From: Phoronis australis
Taxonomy: Eukaryota > Animalia > Phoronida
DNA length: 64,000 bases
Direction: 5' to 3'
Assembly: GCA_002633005.1 (NCBI GenBank)
Contig: NMRA01000137.1
Coordinates: 496,001-560,000 of the forward strand
The position numbers and the translations under genes were made by a program. Shown one piece after another: positions 60,860 to 64,000 of the stretch. Within the stretch, counting starts at the first letter, position 1, and every line of letters starts with the position of its first letter. The notes under the pieces are model-generated. The model had not been told where the DNA came from and made no database searches. It was given only the letters and a program-made list of their open reading frames with translations.

Positions 60860-63050
60860 AGGTTTCCCAAATAATTACTCCTACGTTGTGAAACGCCTTC
60901 TGGCTCTGCAGAAACAGTTTGAGAACAGACCGCGTGAGTGGGCAGTCTATTGCCAGCAAATGCTGGACCAAAGCTCACGTGGCGTTGCCCGACTGGTATC
61001 AAAAGAAGAACTCGAGAGTGATCGTCGTGCAGACCATAAAATGTGGTTCTTGCCTCACTTCACCGTAAAGAAGGAATCAACTACTACACCAGTGCGAGTG
61101 GTTTACGATAGCAAAGCACGATTCGAGGGACACTCCTTGAATGACTATCTAGCGAAATGAAACAATATCAACAACGACCTCTTCGAGGTTGCCTTGCGTT
61201 TTAGAGAATACGAAGTTGGGGTAGCCTAATAGCTGATGTCAGCATAATGTTTCAAGCTATCAAGATCTCCCCCGAAGATGCGAGGTTCCATCGGTACGTC
61301 TTCCGAAAACTTCCAAGCGAGCCAATCAAGGTCTATGAATTGACAACCGTGACGTTTGGGGAAAAACCATAGCCAACAGAAGCTATCATTGCTCTGAGCC
61401 ATGTCGTCGCTGAAAACGCACCGTACGACGAGGACCTCCAACAGCTCGTCCACAACCAGTTCTACGTTTATGATCTTAGCTAGTCACGCAGAACGGCACA
61501 CGAAATGAAGCGGCTGAAATCGAGACTCATCGATTCCCTTGGGAAGGGTAAATTTACTACACGAAAATGGTTGTCAAACGCGAAATCAGTTTGTGATCGC
61601 GTGTTATACCCGGCAGATGACAAGGTAATGGCTTTGGGTAAACAGTGAAACTTACCGAAGGAGACACTTAGCGAGAAACCTGTTATGGTTGAAGTATCTG
61701 CTGCGAACAAGCGGAATATTTTATGACAAACAGCTTCATATTACGACGTGTTTGGCATGCTGTCTGGGATGCTGGTCCTGCCCAGAATTTTGTTGGAAAA
61801 TTTGTGGCAGTTTGAAATGGACTGGGATACCCCTCTTAACCCAAAAACCGAACTATACACTATTCTGCAGAGAATTAACGAAGATCTGCATGACGCTCTT
61901 TAGAGATCCCACGATGCCTCATACAAGTGAAGTTGAGAGGTCAACCGTTGCCCCAAGTTTCTCTTCATGGGGCCAATGATGCTTCGGAAGATGCCATGGG
62001 AATGGGTGTTTGGCTTCGTTGGTCAAATTTAAGTGACGATGAAGCAGAGTTGACATTTGTATGTGCGAGGTCTAGGCTCACCCCTTTGAAACAGTCCAGT
62101 ATGCTAAGGAAAGAGCTTCAAGCCGTCTTACTTCTGTCTCGTCTGATGGTGACTGTAGAGAACGCTTTGAGGTTCGATCTGGACTGACAGCCTTACCGCC
62201 ATTTGTTGGTTAAGTGGACAGTCAAAATCATACAAATCGGACGTAACCCACCATGTGGGAGAGATTACGACTGCTTTCGATCCTGTGACAGAAGTGGGGT
62301 TTGTTCCTAGCAAACAGAGCGTTATCGACATCGTATCACGTGGATGCACTGTTCCAGAGATACAGCAAGTCATCAATGGCCCCAAATACCTGAGATTTCC
62401 ACCAGACCAGTGGCCCACGACACCCAAGAAAATTGTGATCCCAGATGACTACGAACAGAAGAAATTTCACGTCCGTAACGCACAGTCTTATGCAGCCAAG
62501 GTCACCGATATTCCATTCGTCGACCCTAAGAGGTTTTCCTGCTGGTCACGTTTACTGATGGTGACTGCCCGTATCCTGTCTCTGAAAGTCCTACCAAGGT
62601 CTCATTGGATGAAGCAGCTACTAACTCAAGTGTCACAGTGGCCGATGAAAGAAGATAAATTATATTGGATCCGTTGTGCTCAGCGTGAAACCGACTTTAG
62701 CGACCCAAACCTGATGAACCTGAACCCTTTCTTCGACGAAGATGAAATGGTCTATCGTATCGGAGGCCGCCTCAACAAAGCCCCTCTTTCTTATGACATA
62801 CGCCATCCTTACCTGTTACCGAAGAAAAGTTACATCACCTACTGGTTGTACGCGAGAAGTACAGGCTTGCTCTTCATGGGGGACATCTCAGAACAGCATT
62901 CGAGGTTCGGAAAATGTATTGGTTGCTTGGAGACACCAACCTCGCCCGACGAGTGATTCATGAGTGCGTCACTTGCAGACGTCACCGTAGCAAGCCAGTT
63001 ACGCAACAATGGCTAACTTACCGGACCACCGTGTAACACCTTTCCTGCTT
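60860..63050 (+). mobile_element. Decayed BEL/Pao LTR-retrotransposon pol fragment (RT, Pao RNase H region, integrase zinc finger), antisense within the putative first hephaestin intron
   Basis: FLPHFTVKKESTTTPVRVVYD, SLNDYL, LHGANDASEDAMG, ARSRLTPLK...KELQA, RIGGRL..APLSYD.RHPYLLP, C.TC; many stops and frameshifts; integrase core absent. Confidence 0.9.
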
Positions 63051-64000
63051 TCATAATGTCGGCAAAATTTGACTGGTGCCGGTTGGATATACAAATGACA
63101 TAAGTAAAAAGGCACACCTCTTGAAATATCCGGGAATGAAGGACATCATGTCCCATACATTTCCCACTATGAAGTTTGAATCCGCGGTTGCATGGCCGGT
63201 GGCCAGTGTGACTAATGAAGCGGGAGAATTTCGATCCCAGCCGATTTCTAAAAGCTAAAAGAGATTAGTGAACTGAACTTAATCAACTAATAGGAGAGGT
63301 TGACCTCCATTTTAAATCAATGAACCACTATCCACCAGAGTGGGGATAAAGTGGAAATCGCTTTTTGCTCTCAGTACACCGGAGAGCACCAATACGAAAA
63401 GTCTCGATTATAATTGTTAGCCTGTTGATTTTATAAGGCACCTATTACCAGAGAACTACGTTGTTGGAAATAACACCGGAACTCGAACATTACATGAAAA
63501 TGCCAATACATTCGTGTGAACCTTCGGCTTTGCACATCTTATCCATGTATGCTTCATTGTTGTTAAGTATGTTACTTTAGCGTTTCCGAACTTCTTTCGG
63601 AAAAAAATGCTCTTATTTCCAATAACAGGTTTTTAGAAAAAGTACACGCGCGGTGCGCTCTTTCGAAAATTTACGAAATTAAAGGTGTTGCTTAAAATTA
63701 AAATGGGATTTAAATACTTTAAATACAGCTGGTATTGTTTGGAGAATGAATGGTCAGATAAATTTGGATCATTTGATTATGCTCTCCTACGCCCATTTTA
63801 GAAAACATTATCGGTTGGTGGTTGGGAGAGTTTTTTCTGTACTGCAGAAGATTAAAAATTGTTATCTTATTAATGAACTTTGATCACCTAATAACAGGAT
63901 TTGCACATATTTGTCCTTTGGTCGCTTTGATTATCACCCCTAACCGGCGTGTTGATGGGTAATTTCCGTACATCAATTTTTCTTTTACGCATATCAAAGT

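Overview
AT-rich, intron-rich animal (invertebrate-like) genomic DNA, so most short six-frame ORFs are spurious. Three spliced genes were reconstructed by hand from GT/AG sites and phase continuity. (1) and (2) are tandem + strand paralogues encoding type I membrane proteins with a degenerate CUB-like ectodomain, one TM helix, a conserved juxtamembrane motif and a Pro/Gly/Tyr repeat tail. Gene A is 5'-truncated (1-6589); gene B is complete (14706-25827, ~332 aa). (3) is a - strand six-domain, membrane-anchored multicopper ferroxidase (hephaestin/ceruloplasmin family) with 15 exons at 60024-37143; its first exon was not found in the window. The remainder is a dense, often nested set of mobile elements: two Kolobok-type TTAA elements with THAP relics, many MITEs, Penelope fragments with a hammerhead-like motif, a tandem hairpin/tRNA-box repeat, a spliced DDD-transposase relic, nested L1/Tx1 LINEs, a BEL/Pao relic and a probable LTR with heat-shock elements. 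No database searches were run; family calls rest on recognised motifs.
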